A stretch of DNA of 64,000 nt from Leucoraja ocellata (lineage: Eukaryota), in the NCBI GenBank assembly GCA_036785375.1, contig JAWMAR010000030.1, forward strand, positions 6,820,001 to 6,884,000, written 5' to 3'. This document shows, piece after piece, positions 12,141 through 24,924 of the stretch (the stretch's first letter is position 1; each line of letters opens with the position of its first letter). A model generated the notes under the pieces. The model was not told the DNA's origin. It saw only the letters and a list, made by a program, of their open reading frames with translations, and did no database searches. A program made the translations under genes and the position numbers.

Positions 12141-14094
12141 GGGACTTTATCTGTTGAAGCAGGTGTTGAAAGATAGGATTTCCGAGCAATCGAGACAGGA
12201 TTGTCAGAGTTTTACTGTAGTCTATGCATTTGAGTGGCAAAGTTACTGCTGTGCTTACTGCTTCAACCGTACAGGAGGTTATTTGCTTGCCATTGGTTTA
12301 CTCTGCTTGGATTTATTATAAGACTCAAAAGATCTTTGATAAATCCGCAAATAAAATTGCGGATCACGGCTCGGTATAAAACCTCCTGCTGCGTTCTGCT
12401 GCGGTATAAAAGATTTGAGATATACTTCACACAAAGCAAAGTAGGTCTTCCTTCCCGTCCAAAGGTGTCTGAAATCTGGCAGGCCATCAGGAACAGAGAG
12501 GGGCTGCTGTGAAGAACACATTCAGGCTCTTGAAGCTTCTGTTCGGGACTGATTTCCATTTTCCGCTGTGTTTCCTGTGGAGTTTCATCATTAAATCGGG
12601 ATTAGAACCCAGGGACAATGTGTGCAGCAAAAAAAATGCCAAGATCATTTGACCAGAGAAGGATCTGAATCAACTGTCGGACTAAATGCAGAAGAAACAA
12701 TTCAATTGGGAAAAAAAAACTTGAGATTGAAGCAGATTGCATCAGTTGCTCATTAGTCATCTCAAAAGTTTTCAATAACTGTAAGCGGTGCACCTTCTGG
12801 TTACATGGGAATTAATACACAGTGTGATCTGGTCAATTAAACCAGGAGAAGATGGGCAGCAGAATACGGGGATTATAAGAGACAATACAATACAATACAA
12901 CTTTATTTATCCCAAAGAGAAATTGGTCAATTGCATTGGTCAAGTTATATCAAGTGTACATACCAGAGAGGGCCAGTCAGATATAATGATCAGATAGAGT
13001 GTTGATCTAATAGGCTGCTTTGTCTTGTCCTGGATTCAGAAAGAATGAACAAGATAGACTACCCCATCCTACCCCTTCACCATTTTATATCCTTTTCTCC
13101 CTCATGTTGGTTGTCCAAGTTCCTCTTAAATGATTCCATCTATTCACATCAACACAGTCTGCATCAATGTGTTTTTCAGTCAAAGCACACGCTACACTTC
13201 TCCCGAATTCTCCATTAGGTTTATTAGTGACTGTTTGATACATATGCCTCCCGGTTCAGTCTCTCCCACACACGCCAAGACATTCTGTGCGATTGAATTC
13301 TTATTAAAAACCCAGTTGCTCAGTCCAGTCAGGAACGTTGCCTCCAGCACTGCGGGTCCACAGATGTGATAGGCATGCAGGCCAGCGTGTGGTGCAGCTG
13401 GTAGGTTGTGATCCAACTACCAGCAGATCATCTCCAAACTCTGCCACCCAGCCCCATAAAATCGCAAACGGCAGTGGTTAATTAAACGCCAAACAAGAGA
13501 AGGAGCCTCCATGAAGTCTGATCTCCAGTAATGATGCAGTCAGCCACATGTCTCGAGAACAAGAATGAAAAGCAGGAGAAATGCTCCTAACATGCAGTGA
13601 ACCTGGTTAGACAATATTCGGAGGCCAGAACTGTTCACTGTAATCCATGTGATAGAGGGCATTATAATTCCAGTGGTTTACAGCTGGAAGCAGCAGGTAA
13701 CTGGTCCAGTCCTGCCATCTCCTGCAGCTCCCACTGTCGGGTTCAAGTACAGGTGTAGTACACAGCCACCCTGCTTAAAGTAAAACAAATTCAATCCAGT
13801 TATTGCTGACACATTAGTCTAGTAGAACATAGAACAGTACAGCACAGGAGCTGGCCCTTTGGCCCAGCATGTTTGTAGCAAACATGATGCCAAGTTAAAC
13901 TGGTCTCATCTGACTGTACATGATCCATGTCCCTCTATACCTGCACTGCCACGTGTCTAGTAAAACCAATGCCATATCTGCCTCCATCACCATGCGTTCC
14001 AGGCACCCACCACTCTCTGTGTAACACTCCCCCTGTATTAATCCATTAATCTTTGCCCCTCTCTCCTTATAGCTGTGCCCTCTAGTGTTGGAGT

Positions 14095-14450
14095 AAAGGC
14101 TCTGACTACGTCGGGAACTCCAAGCCGCGGGGGTTTCGACCGCCGAGACACGTGAGTTTCGGTAGCCCCGACGCAGGAGTTTCGATCACCCTGACACGGG
14201 GGCTTCAGTCGCTGGCTGCAGGAGCTTCGATCGTCCAAATGGATGGTTCGACTGCCCCGAGAATTAAGAGGAGGAAGATTGGACTTCCATCACAGTGAGG
14301 AATGTGGGGAATCTGCTGTGGTGGATGTTTATGTTGACTTTTATGTATTTGTGTATCACGTTGCTTTTTTTCGTATGACTGCATGGTAATTCACATATCA
14401 CTGTACCTTAATTGGTACATATGACAGTAAAAGACCTTTGAAACCTTTTG
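14095..14450 (+). mobile_element. Rex1-tailed non-autonomous retroelement, abutting a CR1 fragment (13824-14090, minus)
   Basis: Shares cacagtgaggaatgtggggaatc...ggtacatatgacagtaaaagacctttgaaacc with 5810-6558. Confidence 0.65.
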
Positions 14451-15454
14451 ATAGTTGTGCAAGGTTCAGACAATGAAGTGTTCTCGGCTGCATACACCAA
14501 GAACTAATTAATAATCAGGCTGATAAATATTCAGTAAGTATTATTTACACCAACACCAGTGTATTTCAATTATCATCCTCAACCAGAGAGAGTGCAACCA
14601 TCTTCTCTTCATTGCAATGTCATTTCCATTATTGAGATCCATCATCTATCTCCTGGCCATAGATGTTGGCCAGAAACTGACTGAGACAGACATATAGACT
14701 CTCAACTCTCTGGTTACCAGAACAGGTTAAAGGCTGGAGTTCCTGTGACAAGGATCTCACTTGACATGCTAAAGCCTTTCCATCTTCTACAACTCATAAA
14801 TTTGATGGAATATTCACCATTTGGCTGGGTAACTTCAGCTGCTAAACTCATAAATCTCAGGAGTAGACAAAGCAGCCTGTTTGATCAGCACCCTATCCAG
14901 GTTCATGGTGAGTTTGAGCCATTGGGGACGAGTGCGAGAAGATTTGAGTCAGTGACCTACTGACTGCTGGTGTTTGTAAGATCAGGTAATAAATAGTGTG
15001 TTTAACATGCTCATTTCATACTAGCTTGACTCCAGCATTTTGTATCTAATATACAGTTTGATTAGCAATGAAAATGGTTCATGACTTGCTGTTAAAATTT
15101 GTTACGCTTGTAAACATTTACTGACAGTGAATTCCATCGGCCACATGTTATGTTCATTCAAGCTTTGTATTAATTTTTCTCTGCAGTTTCCAAGTCTTAG
15201 AACTATAATGTTTCCTGATCATGTACCACACATCCGTCAGTCCCTCCTTCCACCAGACCTGCCCTCTGCACTGGGTTTGTGGAGCACTATCTTTACATAT
15301 TCTGTTGTATTCTGTGTACTGCTGCAAGTAAGAATGTCATTGCTCTCTCTCGAACATACGACACTCTCGACTCTCTCTTAACTTGCATCCGCCTGCAATG
15401 ATCACTGATGTGCTCAGGACCAGTAATCCTGATGCTCTTGTTCCTCTTTCATTT

Positions 15455-15880
15455 AATTTAGTTTAGTGATACAGCTTGTCTTTGGGATGTGAGAGTAAAC
15501 CAGAGCACCTGGAGGAGACCCACAGGGAGAATGGGCAAATTTCACACGGACTGCACCCAAGGTCAGGATCTTTAGACTTTACTCGTGAGAGATGCAGTTC
15601 AGAACCAGGCCCTCAGGCTCACCGAGTCCCTGCCAATCAACGATCACCCCATACACTAACACTACCCTACACACTAGGGACCATTTTACAATTTTTTAAC
15701 CAAACACAATTAAACCACAAAACTGTAAGTCTGTGGGGTGTGGGAAGAAACAGCACCCGGCGAAAAAACCCACGTGGTCACAAGGAGAGAGTGCAAACTC
15801 TGTACAGACAGCATCCTTAGTCAGGATCAAACCCGGGTCTCTGGCGCTGTAAGGCAGCTTCTCTACCACTGTGTCACCGT
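15455..15880 (-). mobile_element. Two nested or adjacent HE1-type SINE copies
   Basis: Two successive V-domain and tail matches on minus. Confidence 0.75.
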
Positions 15881-16771
15881 GGATCCACAGCCCTTCCTCC
15901 TGTGCCACTGTGTAGTTACAGCCCAGTGATTGTTACAGCCCAGATCACCCACTCCACCCAGAATAGCCTTTCTGTTCAGTGCTGCTATTTCAACCCCTGG
16001 ATTATCTTAATCTTAATTCTCAGTATTTTACTGTATATCTGGAAAGATTTATTCCTGTAGTGCGTAACATGTAAAGACTTTTTAAAAACTCCTCTAATTT
16101 TCTTCTTCGCAATGCGTTTCGCCCTCACTTACATCATCAGCATGTAGATTACTTTGCTTATTCTTTTAGTGTCTCATCGATCTAATCCCCAAAATCAGCA
16201 TGCTCATCATTCTGTCTTCGAACGTTCTTCATCCATAGTCAATGATCATTTCTTAAATTATTTTCCTCACATATCAATTCACTTAAACTTTCACTGTATT
16301 CTCTTCAACTTGTCGGGGGAAAAAACTGCAGACCTAATCATTAGTTGTGCAGAATCACTGAAGTTGTCCTTGCTATCTATCACAAACCGTTTTCGGTTTT
16401 TCAATTGCTAAATTGAATTGGGTTATTTGCCAAATGCAGCAGATCATGTATCATATTCATTGCTAATCCAACTCTACATTTGACAAGGCAAATATGAACT
16501 GGGACTGTTCAACACCTTAATGTTTTTAATCTAATTTACTCCAGCAATCAATAAATTATCAGTCTAAATCTTCTGCAGAAACTCCCACTGCTCCACTGCA
16601 GGATGCACACATCCTACCCACAGAATTTGCTCTTACCTGGAGCTAACCCCACCTTAAATTTGTGCCGTAAAATGGCTTCCATTTTCTGTATGGTCCAGCA
16701 TAATGCAGCATAGGGTTTTCCTGATTGCAAATGGCAAGCGTCACCCATAGGATTGCTTAGATAGCCAGTGA

Positions 16772-17075
16772 TAGTCAATAGTCAATAGTCAGATTTATTC
16801 ATCATATACACAATGAAGTGCAGTGAAATGAACTTGCCAGCAGCGGTACAATAAAAAAAGAACACACAATACAAAATAAAAAATTGAACACAAAACATCC
16901 ACCACAGGATTCATCACTGTGGTGGAAGGCACAAAGTTTAGTCAGTCCTCCTCCATTTTTCCCCGTGGTCGGGATCATAAACCTCCGCAGTTGCCGCTGC
17001 GGGCGGCCAGATGTACAGGCAAGGTGTACAGGCCTGTACATGAAGCCATGATCCAGGCTTGGCCGCTGTCTCATG
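16772..17075 (-). mobile_element. Rex1-tailed non-autonomous retroelement fragment
   Basis: (agtcaat)n tail and the shared caccacag..ttcatcactgtggtggaaggcacaaagt motif also present at ~5940-5990. Confidence 0.6.
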
Positions 17076-19094
17076 GAGCTTAAAACATTCAGTAAAAAAG
17101 TACAAATTAATTAAAAATGCCAAATAATTCAATTCCTGAAAAAGTAAATGGTAACCTAGCCTGGGTCCCATCCCCATGAAACAAACACAAATGGATAGCC
17201 TGCTACAAACCTGGAGAAATAATCGTGACACAAGGAATTACAGATGCTGGTTTACCAAAAACAAGACACAAATTGCTGAAGTTAGCAGGTCAGGAAGGAC
17301 GAAAATAGGCAAGTCAGGTCAGGACCTCTCTTCATGTCATCCAGAGATGCTGCCTGACCCACTATGTTACTCCAGCACTTGGTCTTTTATCGTTATAAAA
17401 TAATTGTATTTGAGCAGAAAAGCAAGGGTTTGGAACCGATGTTGAAGTATCTGCATTAAAATATACCATCTAGAGTGGCAAATTTTGTAGTTTTAAAGGA
17501 CAGGCAGAAAATTAAATAAAAAGTAGACATTACTGATCAAATTAAGGTGGGAAAGACAAAATAATCTTAAAAGGATATTCTTTTTTAAAAGTACTAACAT
17601 TTTTAAAATAGAACTCCACGTTTATAAAATATTCAGAGCCAGTAATGTTGTACAATAGTAATTATAAATAATCGTAAAGTTAAAAATAAGTTTTTAACCA
17701 CCATATTTTCAGTTGTTTTTAGTGGGTTTATTATTGGTAAATGTCCCAGGTTCACCATTAAGATGGTTCCTTGTTAGGTCCATGGGGAAAGAGCAAAGTT
17801 CACACCGAGAAGGAAAGAGTTAGCATCACTTCAAAGTTTCTGAGTTTAGCTGTTGAAGGTATCCCATTGATAATTCCCACTGCCATGGAAAGTGTACAAA
17901 TTAATCTCTGCACAATTTATTCTAAAATCTTCTTGCCTTCGAGACTGAAATTCACCAGAATTTCAAAAGTTCATCAGTTGTAGGAGTAGTATTAGGCCCA
18001 TCAAGTCTACTCCGTCATTCAATCATGGCTGATCTATCTTTCCCTCTCAACCCCATTCTCCTGCCTTCTTCCCATAACCTCCGACACTCTCACTAAAACA
18101 AAAGTGTTAATTTTACCAGAATAATTTCCGATGGAAAGAAGAAGAAGAAAGAAGTGAAAAAGAAGAACAAAAACTTCAGAGTTATTTAAAACTTTGGAAT
18201 CATTGAAGGAAATAGATAATAAGATCTGGTGAGGGGTGGACCGGCCGTAACTATGCAGCTTAGGTCTATTTACAATCCAATATCTTCACATTTGTTGAGA
18301 TTTAAATTGGCCCCTGATCTGACACATTCAATTTGAAACGCTGTTGAAATTCCCACATTCCCCACCCAACCCTGCTCCGTGTTTCTTTGCAGTTGTAGAA
18401 TGAGAACACTTATTTTGTTTTAGTATGTTTTGCTTTTAAAGGAGACTGTGGGAATTGCGAGCAATGTGTGAGTTTACCCATTCTCTGGTGGAATCCAGCC
18501 ACACTCTGAAGCCATTCATCAGGAGAGACTAATTGCCTCTTATATTCCTTCAAATCTCCCCATAGAATACAAAACACTGGGCCATGTAAACCCCCAGTTT
18601 ATTCTTCATGCTCAGACTAATTGCATCTTCAAACCACAGTTACGAGGAGCTTATGATTTATATCCCAGGTTAGCGTTCCCACAACTCTTCTCCATTACTC
18701 CAGTTCACTGGCGGTGGCGTGCCCCCACCATCCATTCCAAAGCTGAATTTCGCAGCTGAGAATGATTGTCGGCGACTTGCCGAACCTGCATGTTTCACAG
18801 CAAAATAATTAGCTCACCACGCAAAAGTTAACAACAAATAAATCCATTTGTCTGCCTCAGCGTAGAACAGTATCTGATGCATGGATGTAACTCTCAGTAA
18901 ACCAAACTCACAACCTGTATCAATTGCAGAAAGATAAGAGAGTAATTTCTGCAAGTTCAGAAATCAGATCCTTGTTTGTGGATAAGCTCAGTTTCATTTC
19001 CATATTCTCTCCCCCAGTTGTTTTCCATTTAGAATCTCTCTTGTGATCCAAAACAATTAGGCTTTCCAGGGCTAGTTTGCCAGACAAAGCAAAG

Positions 19095-19184
19095 TGGCAG
19101 CCCAGCCCTATGTGAGGAGATTGCACCAAGAAACTGCCTTGCAGTTTCTTGGTGCAATCTCCTCACATAGGGGCTGGGCTGCCA
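19095..19184. repeat. Near-perfect palindrome (43/44-bp arms, 3-nt loop)
   Basis: TGGCAGCCCAGCCCTATGTGAGGAGATTGCACCAAGAAACTGC-CTT-GCAGTTTCTTGGTGCAATCTCCTCACATAGGGGCTGGGCTGCCA, with one extra G in the right arm. Confidence 0.97.
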
Positions 19185-19544
19185 GATTCAGCAGAGAAGC
19201 TGAGTGAACAACTGGCATTTGTGAGCTGTGTGCAGCAATTCGCAGTCTGCCCTTTCCACATGTAATCTCGGGCAAGCCTGAACTTGAAACACAACCAACT
19301 CAAGCAGCTGAATAAAGCAAGTTATTAAAGGCCAACAGGCAAGATTATATTTTTTATTAATTAAGCTATTCAGCTGCATTCCTTTCGATGATAGCGAGAC
19401 ACGTTTTCTAATTTCGAATCCGCATTTGTTGCATTTTATTATAATATTGTCTTAAAATATAGAAATGTAGTACAAAGCATTACTATTTTAAAAGGTAAGG
19501 ATTAGCATGACATTTAGATCAAGATTTATGCATACAACAATAGT

Positions 19545-19910
19545 TCATAAGTTTATGTTCATGTGATAGGAGCAGAATTAGGCCATTTGGCCCATCAAGT
19601 CTAATCTGCCATTCAACCATGACTGACTCACCCTTCCCCCTCAACCCCATTCTCCTGCCTTTCCCGATAAACCCTGACACCCATACCAATCACAAGTCTC
19701 TCTATCTCTGCCTTAAAATTATCCATTGACTTGGCCTCCACAGCCCTCTGTTGCAAAGAATCCCACAGATTCACCACCCTCTCACTACAGAAATTTCTCC
19801 TCATCTCTTTCCTAAAGGAACATCCTTTTATTCTGAGTATGACCTCAGGTCCTAGAGTCCCTCACTGGTGGAAACATCCTCTCCACATCCACTCTATCCA
19901 GGCCTTTCGA
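19545..19910 (-). mobile_element. CR1-type LINE 3' fragment
   Basis: gataggagcagaattaggccatttggccc tail and ORF2 C-terminal remnant. Confidence 0.8.
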
Positions 19911-20169
19911 TGTTCACAACAATAGTTTAGTCCACATAATTGTTTTGAATCCATTTTCACGCCGCCAGCATATTCATGCAATCAGCACCCTCACTCCCCC
20001 TGGAAGCCAGATGGATGAGAGCACACTGCATACTTTTTACTCTGAATTATTTGTCCTGCTGCTCCACTAAATAGTTGGAGGGCAATAAGCGTACTGCAGA
20101 AATGTACATTGAATCATCGACGGTCACTTTCTGCAGTGTAGTCACAGCTTGATCATCTTACACAGGACG

Positions 20170-20890
20170 TAGATGAGATCAGCACAGAAACAGGCACTTT
20201 GGCCCACAATGTTAAATGGATCTCATCTACTTCCACATATCGCTCCATTCCCTGCATTTCCAGAAGCCTCTTAAACATCACGATCGTATCTGCCTCCGTC
20301 ACCACCACAAGGTGTTCCAGGTCCCCACCACTCTGCATATAAAACTGGCCCTGCACATCTCCTTTAAATTTTAGATAGAAACAAAATGCTGGAGTAACTT
20401 AGCGGGACAGGCAGCATCTCTGGATAGAAGGAATGGGCAACTTTTCGGGTCGAGACCCTTCTTCAGACATTAAACGTTCCCCCTCTTCCCATATAGCCAT
20501 GCTCTCCAGTGTTGGACATTTCCAGCCTGAGAGATAGGTTCTGCCTGTCTACCCCATCTATGCCTCTTTATAATGTTATATACTTCTATCACGTCTCCTC
20601 TCAATCTCTGGCATTCCAGAGAAAACAATCCAAGTCTATCCAGCCTCTCCCTGTAGCTGAAACCCTTGAATCCAGACAGCATTCTGGGATGCTGCCTGTC
20701 CCGCTGAGTTACTCCAGCATTTTGTGTCTATCTTCGAGTTTCTATCTTCCTTCCTACTGCATTCTGGTAAACCTCCTCTGCATATTCTCGAAAGCCTCCA
20801 TATCTCTCCTGTAAAAGGGGCGATCAGAGCAGCATGCAATACTCCAAATGCAGCCTAACCAAAGTCCTATAGTCCTAACCAAAGTCCCTT
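20170..20890 (-). mobile_element. CR1-type LINE fragment with two nested Penelope-derived short repeats
   Basis: Translation FKGFSYRERLDRLGLFSLECQRLRGDVIEVYNII. Insertions at 20373-20468 and ~20688-20737. Confidence 0.85.
20373..20468 (-). mobile_element. Penelope pLTR-derived short repeat with minimal hammerhead motif
   Basis: Minus strand: GTCTGAAGAAGGGTCTCGACCCGAAAAGTTGCCC..., i.e. CUGAAGA, stem II GGGU/ACCC and an intact GAAA. Confidence 0.75.
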
Positions 20891-21082
20891 CTGCAACAAG
20901 TGTAAAGGCACATTAATGTTGAGTTGGATCTGAAAGTGCTACATTTCCAAAACCTTTAGGATGTATAAAATGATGCTCACCGCTGTCATTTAGAATATTT
21001 AATGCCAGAATATTTCTCAATTAGAATATGTCCCTGCCCTTCCATAACTGTGATGACTTCACCGGAAAATCATAGGGAATAA

Positions 21083-21500
21083 ATCAAGTCAAGTCCAATT
21101 TATTGGCAAATGCCCAAGTACAGAGGCTGTGGAGGACGTCAATGGTTATTTTTACGGTGCAGATTGATAGATTCTTCATTAGTATGGGACATATGGATTA
21201 TGGGAGAGGGCAGGAGAATGGGGTTTGGAGGAAGAGATAGGTCAGCCATGATTGAATGGGCCAAATGGCCTAATTCTGCTCCTACAACTTATACACCTAT
21301 GATACAATGGAAATCTTGCTTGTAGCAGAATCACAGGCACAGAAACTCGGACAACATACAACATAGAAATTATACAGAAATTATACATAAGCTGCACATA
21401 GAATTTCTGAAGTTACGAGATAAGGTGAAAGTTGTGCGGGTTGGTTCAAGAACCTGATGGTCACAGCCTGAACCTGGTGGTGTGTGACATGAGGCATTGT
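21083..21500 (-). mobile_element. Rex1-like 3' end interrupted by a plus-strand CR1 tail (21121-21295)
   Basis: aagtcaagtccaatttattggc tail. The CR1 3' UTR cagaggctgtggagg...aattctgctcct is nested inside. Confidence 0.55.
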
Positions 21501-22059
21501 GTACAGTCCCTCATACAAGCAGAGAACATTGAGGGAACTCGGGAAGATTGGTCAGTACAAGCCAGTGGTGAGATGCCACAGAGTAACCAATGTAGCATCA
21601 AAAACAGTAGGGTATAACTTAGTTTTAAGTATCTAAAGTGAATGAGACTGCCAACGTATTGATGGCTTCTGAACACTTTATCAATAATATTCATTTATTT
21701 ATATCCAGATTACAGTGCCAAAACAATATGATTTCACTCAATAGTTTCAGATAATTCCAAATATTCAGAGATTCCTTATAGGATGCAGCACAAAGTGGGA
21801 ACTGTACATTTTGAATCAAACAGGCACACCACGTTCAAATTTAAAATAGTTTGGAATCACACCTCATCTAATTAACGAGCTGTTGGCAGGAATAACAAGC
21901 AACAGGATTCCAAAACAAGGAAAAGGAAATCTGGTGAGTGGGGAGTGTTGGATTCAAGTCATCCAAAAAAGCCAGTCCGATGCTAGGGGGCGACTGTCTC
22001 TTACTGTAGCTGGCGGTTTGCAGGCTCCCTTGTTTAACTTTGAAGAATCAAACTTTTGT

Positions 22060-23290
22060 GAGAAATGCAGAGCAAAATACTGCAGCTGAAATGTTAAAGC
22101 AAATACATTAACTGGCAGAAGCACTCAGCAGGTCATGTTGCATCTGGGAGGAGCGGGGCGGGAGGAGTTGCAGACAATATAGCTATGAATGTCTGTGGGT
22201 GTGTTTGCTCATCTATCTTGTGAACGAAGACAGCGTTGATGAGAAGAGAAAGGAAGAGTCAGATATGCTTCATGCTAAAGTTTGTAAAATGGGCAACAAG
22301 GTTAATATTATAGTCTTTTGAGCAGAGGAAGCAACACCAATATAGTTGTCAATGGATAGACAACATGTTGAGGGAGAGGGCCAAAACAGGATGGAAATAG
22401 AACTGTCTCACAGAGCTGAGGAAGAGACAGGAATAGATCAGACCCATGGGAGTTTCCATTGATATACCTGACTCCGAGAATGTGAGTGGAATTGAAGGAA
22501 AAGTTTTTCCATACAAAGAGTTTACTCAGGTGAAACAGAGACATGGTGGAAAGAGAAGTTTGCTTCCATTCAGCAAGAAAGTGAAGGGACCTCAGGTGAT
22601 CCTGGTGGGAGATGAAGTTCCTGAAGGGTTGCATGTCCTGGTGAAAATGAAACTGTTGGTAGGAAAATGTCAAAGTGCTGGAGGATGTCATTGGATAGGA
22701 AAGGTTTGGAGGGATATGGGCCAAATGCAGGCAAATGGGACTAGTGTAGATGGGGCACCTTGGTCAGTATTGAGTTGGGTGAGGGGGCACTTCTCCATGC
22801 TGTATCACTCTATAAGGTACACAGATGTAAGTGGAAAAAAAATAGACAGGCGGGAAGGAATAAAAGCTGAAAAAATACATTCTATGGAGTAAAAGGAGGC
22901 TGGGATAATGAGTCTCCTGGGTCAGCCTGACTTGTGGATTGTGGGACGGAGATAGAAGGGTTGGAGGACTATGAGGCTTAGAGAGGACCTTCTGAGGAAA
23001 TGAGGTTGGTGACCCTCTGGGAGACAATGCCTGATGCTCCATTGTGGGGTCATGGGCCTGTGGGAGATGTGAGGAGGACTTAGAGAATGGGCTTCCAGCT
23101 TCTATGCAAAATGCTACAACACTGCCCTCATAAGGTTTAATGAAGATGTCAGAGTTAGTTGAGGTTTGGAGGAGACTAGGATCCAGTCAGTGTGAGTAAT
23201 AGAAAAGATGAGACAATCTATGTGTCGGTGGTTAACAATGTTTGGATCAGAAGATGAGGAGCCAGAAGAAGGAGTTTGATTGGATTGCTA
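22060..23290 (-). pseudogene. Decayed Penelope-like element (PLE): reverse transcriptase remnant plus 3' pLTR remnant, interrupted by a CR1 tail (22690-22815)
   Basis: Minus translations IHKSG*PRRLIIPA, DMQPFRNFISHQDHLRSLHFL...KNFSFNSTHILGV, ETVLFPSCFGPLPQ and IDNYIGVASS align with recalled PLE RT motifs (KIHK..GRPIVS; MDVQSLYTSIPHQDGL; NNFSFNSTHFLQ..G.AMG; RYIDD). A degenerate pLTR at 22060-22150 lies 3' of the RT. Confidence 0.8.
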
Positions 23291-24464
23291 TTGTTGGAAA
23301 CTGTATAAAGGTTCTACAAAATTGTTGACTTGTTTTGTAACTCTTTCTGGAAATCATTACCATTATAGTGGATTTAAATTATGTACAAGGTTTGAGACTT
23401 TGTTTTAATTTCTGCCAAGGATTACAAGGGTATTACAATCAAGTAAAACATTAGTTGCCAGTAGTGTTGCTAAAACCCTTTGCCGTACGATTATTCTTGC
23501 CATGCATGCACATAAACCACAATACTTATTTTTGCTTCCTCTTTTCCCACTGTGCAGTCTCCTACAGTAACATAGCTGTTCAGAAGCCTTTATGGATTAT
23601 GTATACCGTGTTCTATGACTTTTGATAATTGCTGAACCAGCTACAACTGTTGTTGAGTATTAATCCCCATCAATAAAGAATGTTTGTTTAACATTTATCC
23701 CTGTACTGTACTTGCTTTTCAGAACTGATAAAATATTGAAGAGCCAAAAGATGCTAAAGATCACAATCATATTTTCTTGGTGAAACACCAATTTATTTCT
23801 ACTACTTTCAATGTACTACAATGAACTCACAGTTCAGTGTTGTCTCATCCAGAAAGACCACATGCCAACTGGAACGCTCTGTTCAGTCTGCATGACCTTG
23901 AGATTTCGATTGTTTCTCATTTTATTTCTCATCCGCTCTAACTTCAACCTCCACCGTCGTTTCTTGATCCCAGCAATACATGTAGTCTTTGGCTCCAGAA
24001 GAAACGTGGTTGTGGCTGAAAAGCAAATTGATATAAACAAAAGCACAAAAAGAAAAAAAAAAGCACAAAACGTTGATTAGTTGATAATGAAATCCAAAGA
24101 AACATGCTCCACCATCTGTTGAGTTCAGTAGTGCGTTACTACATTATTACCACAAAATAAAGGGCCCAGCTCACAACCACTGCTGCCCCCGTCCCTGTCT
24201 CTCTCTCCCACAACCTCCTCAAACTCAGTCCCTCCTTCTCACTGCCCCACTCCTTCCAATCCTCCCTTCCAGATCCCCAATCTCCATCATTCACTTCTAA
24301 CCCTTTTCTCTCCCTTTCACATGTACATTACCGCACCCCCCCCCCCAAATTAATCCCCACCCACTCTCTCACCTCCTACCATTTCCAAGCTCAAGAATCT
24401 ACACTCATCATCTCTGACTAGGCACAGCAAGGTGTTCAGCACCCAACACACAGTTCAATGAACG

Positions 24465-24710
24465 AAAAGCACAACGCTTGAACTCAGTGGGTCAAGCAGC
24501 ATCTGAGGGGGCAAAGGGTGTATGTCCATGTTTCAGGTTGAGACCCTGTGTCAGAACTTGGAACGAAGAGGGAAGATTGCCAGTATAAAGCAGTACAAAG
24601 AGGGAGGAGGTGGGTGGGATAGAAATTGCTAGGTGATAAATGGAACCAGATGGGCAGGGGATAAATGGGCAGATGGAGCCAGGTGGGGGAGGGAAGTGAG
24701 ACAGAGATAG
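24465..24710 (-). mobile_element. Penelope 3' end / pLTR fragment
   Basis: Pyrimidine-rich PLE 3' region followed by a degenerate CTGACACAGGGTCTCAACCTGAAAC and atgctgcttgacccactgagtt on minus. Confidence 0.65.
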
Positions 24711-24924
24711 TTGGGTCAGAGACTGGTCGGTTATAACTCAATGATTTCAGGGACACAGCAGGTGCACAATTTCTAACTTCAATTTTCTAGCATCTGTTGT
24801 ATATTTCTTTTGTAACTCCAGTTAATCTTCAAGCCTCTTCCATTGAAACCTGCTCCAGATCAAACTGTATTTTATTTGGCCTATTACCATTGCAATATTA
24901 TCACCTTTATCAATGAATCTCTCC

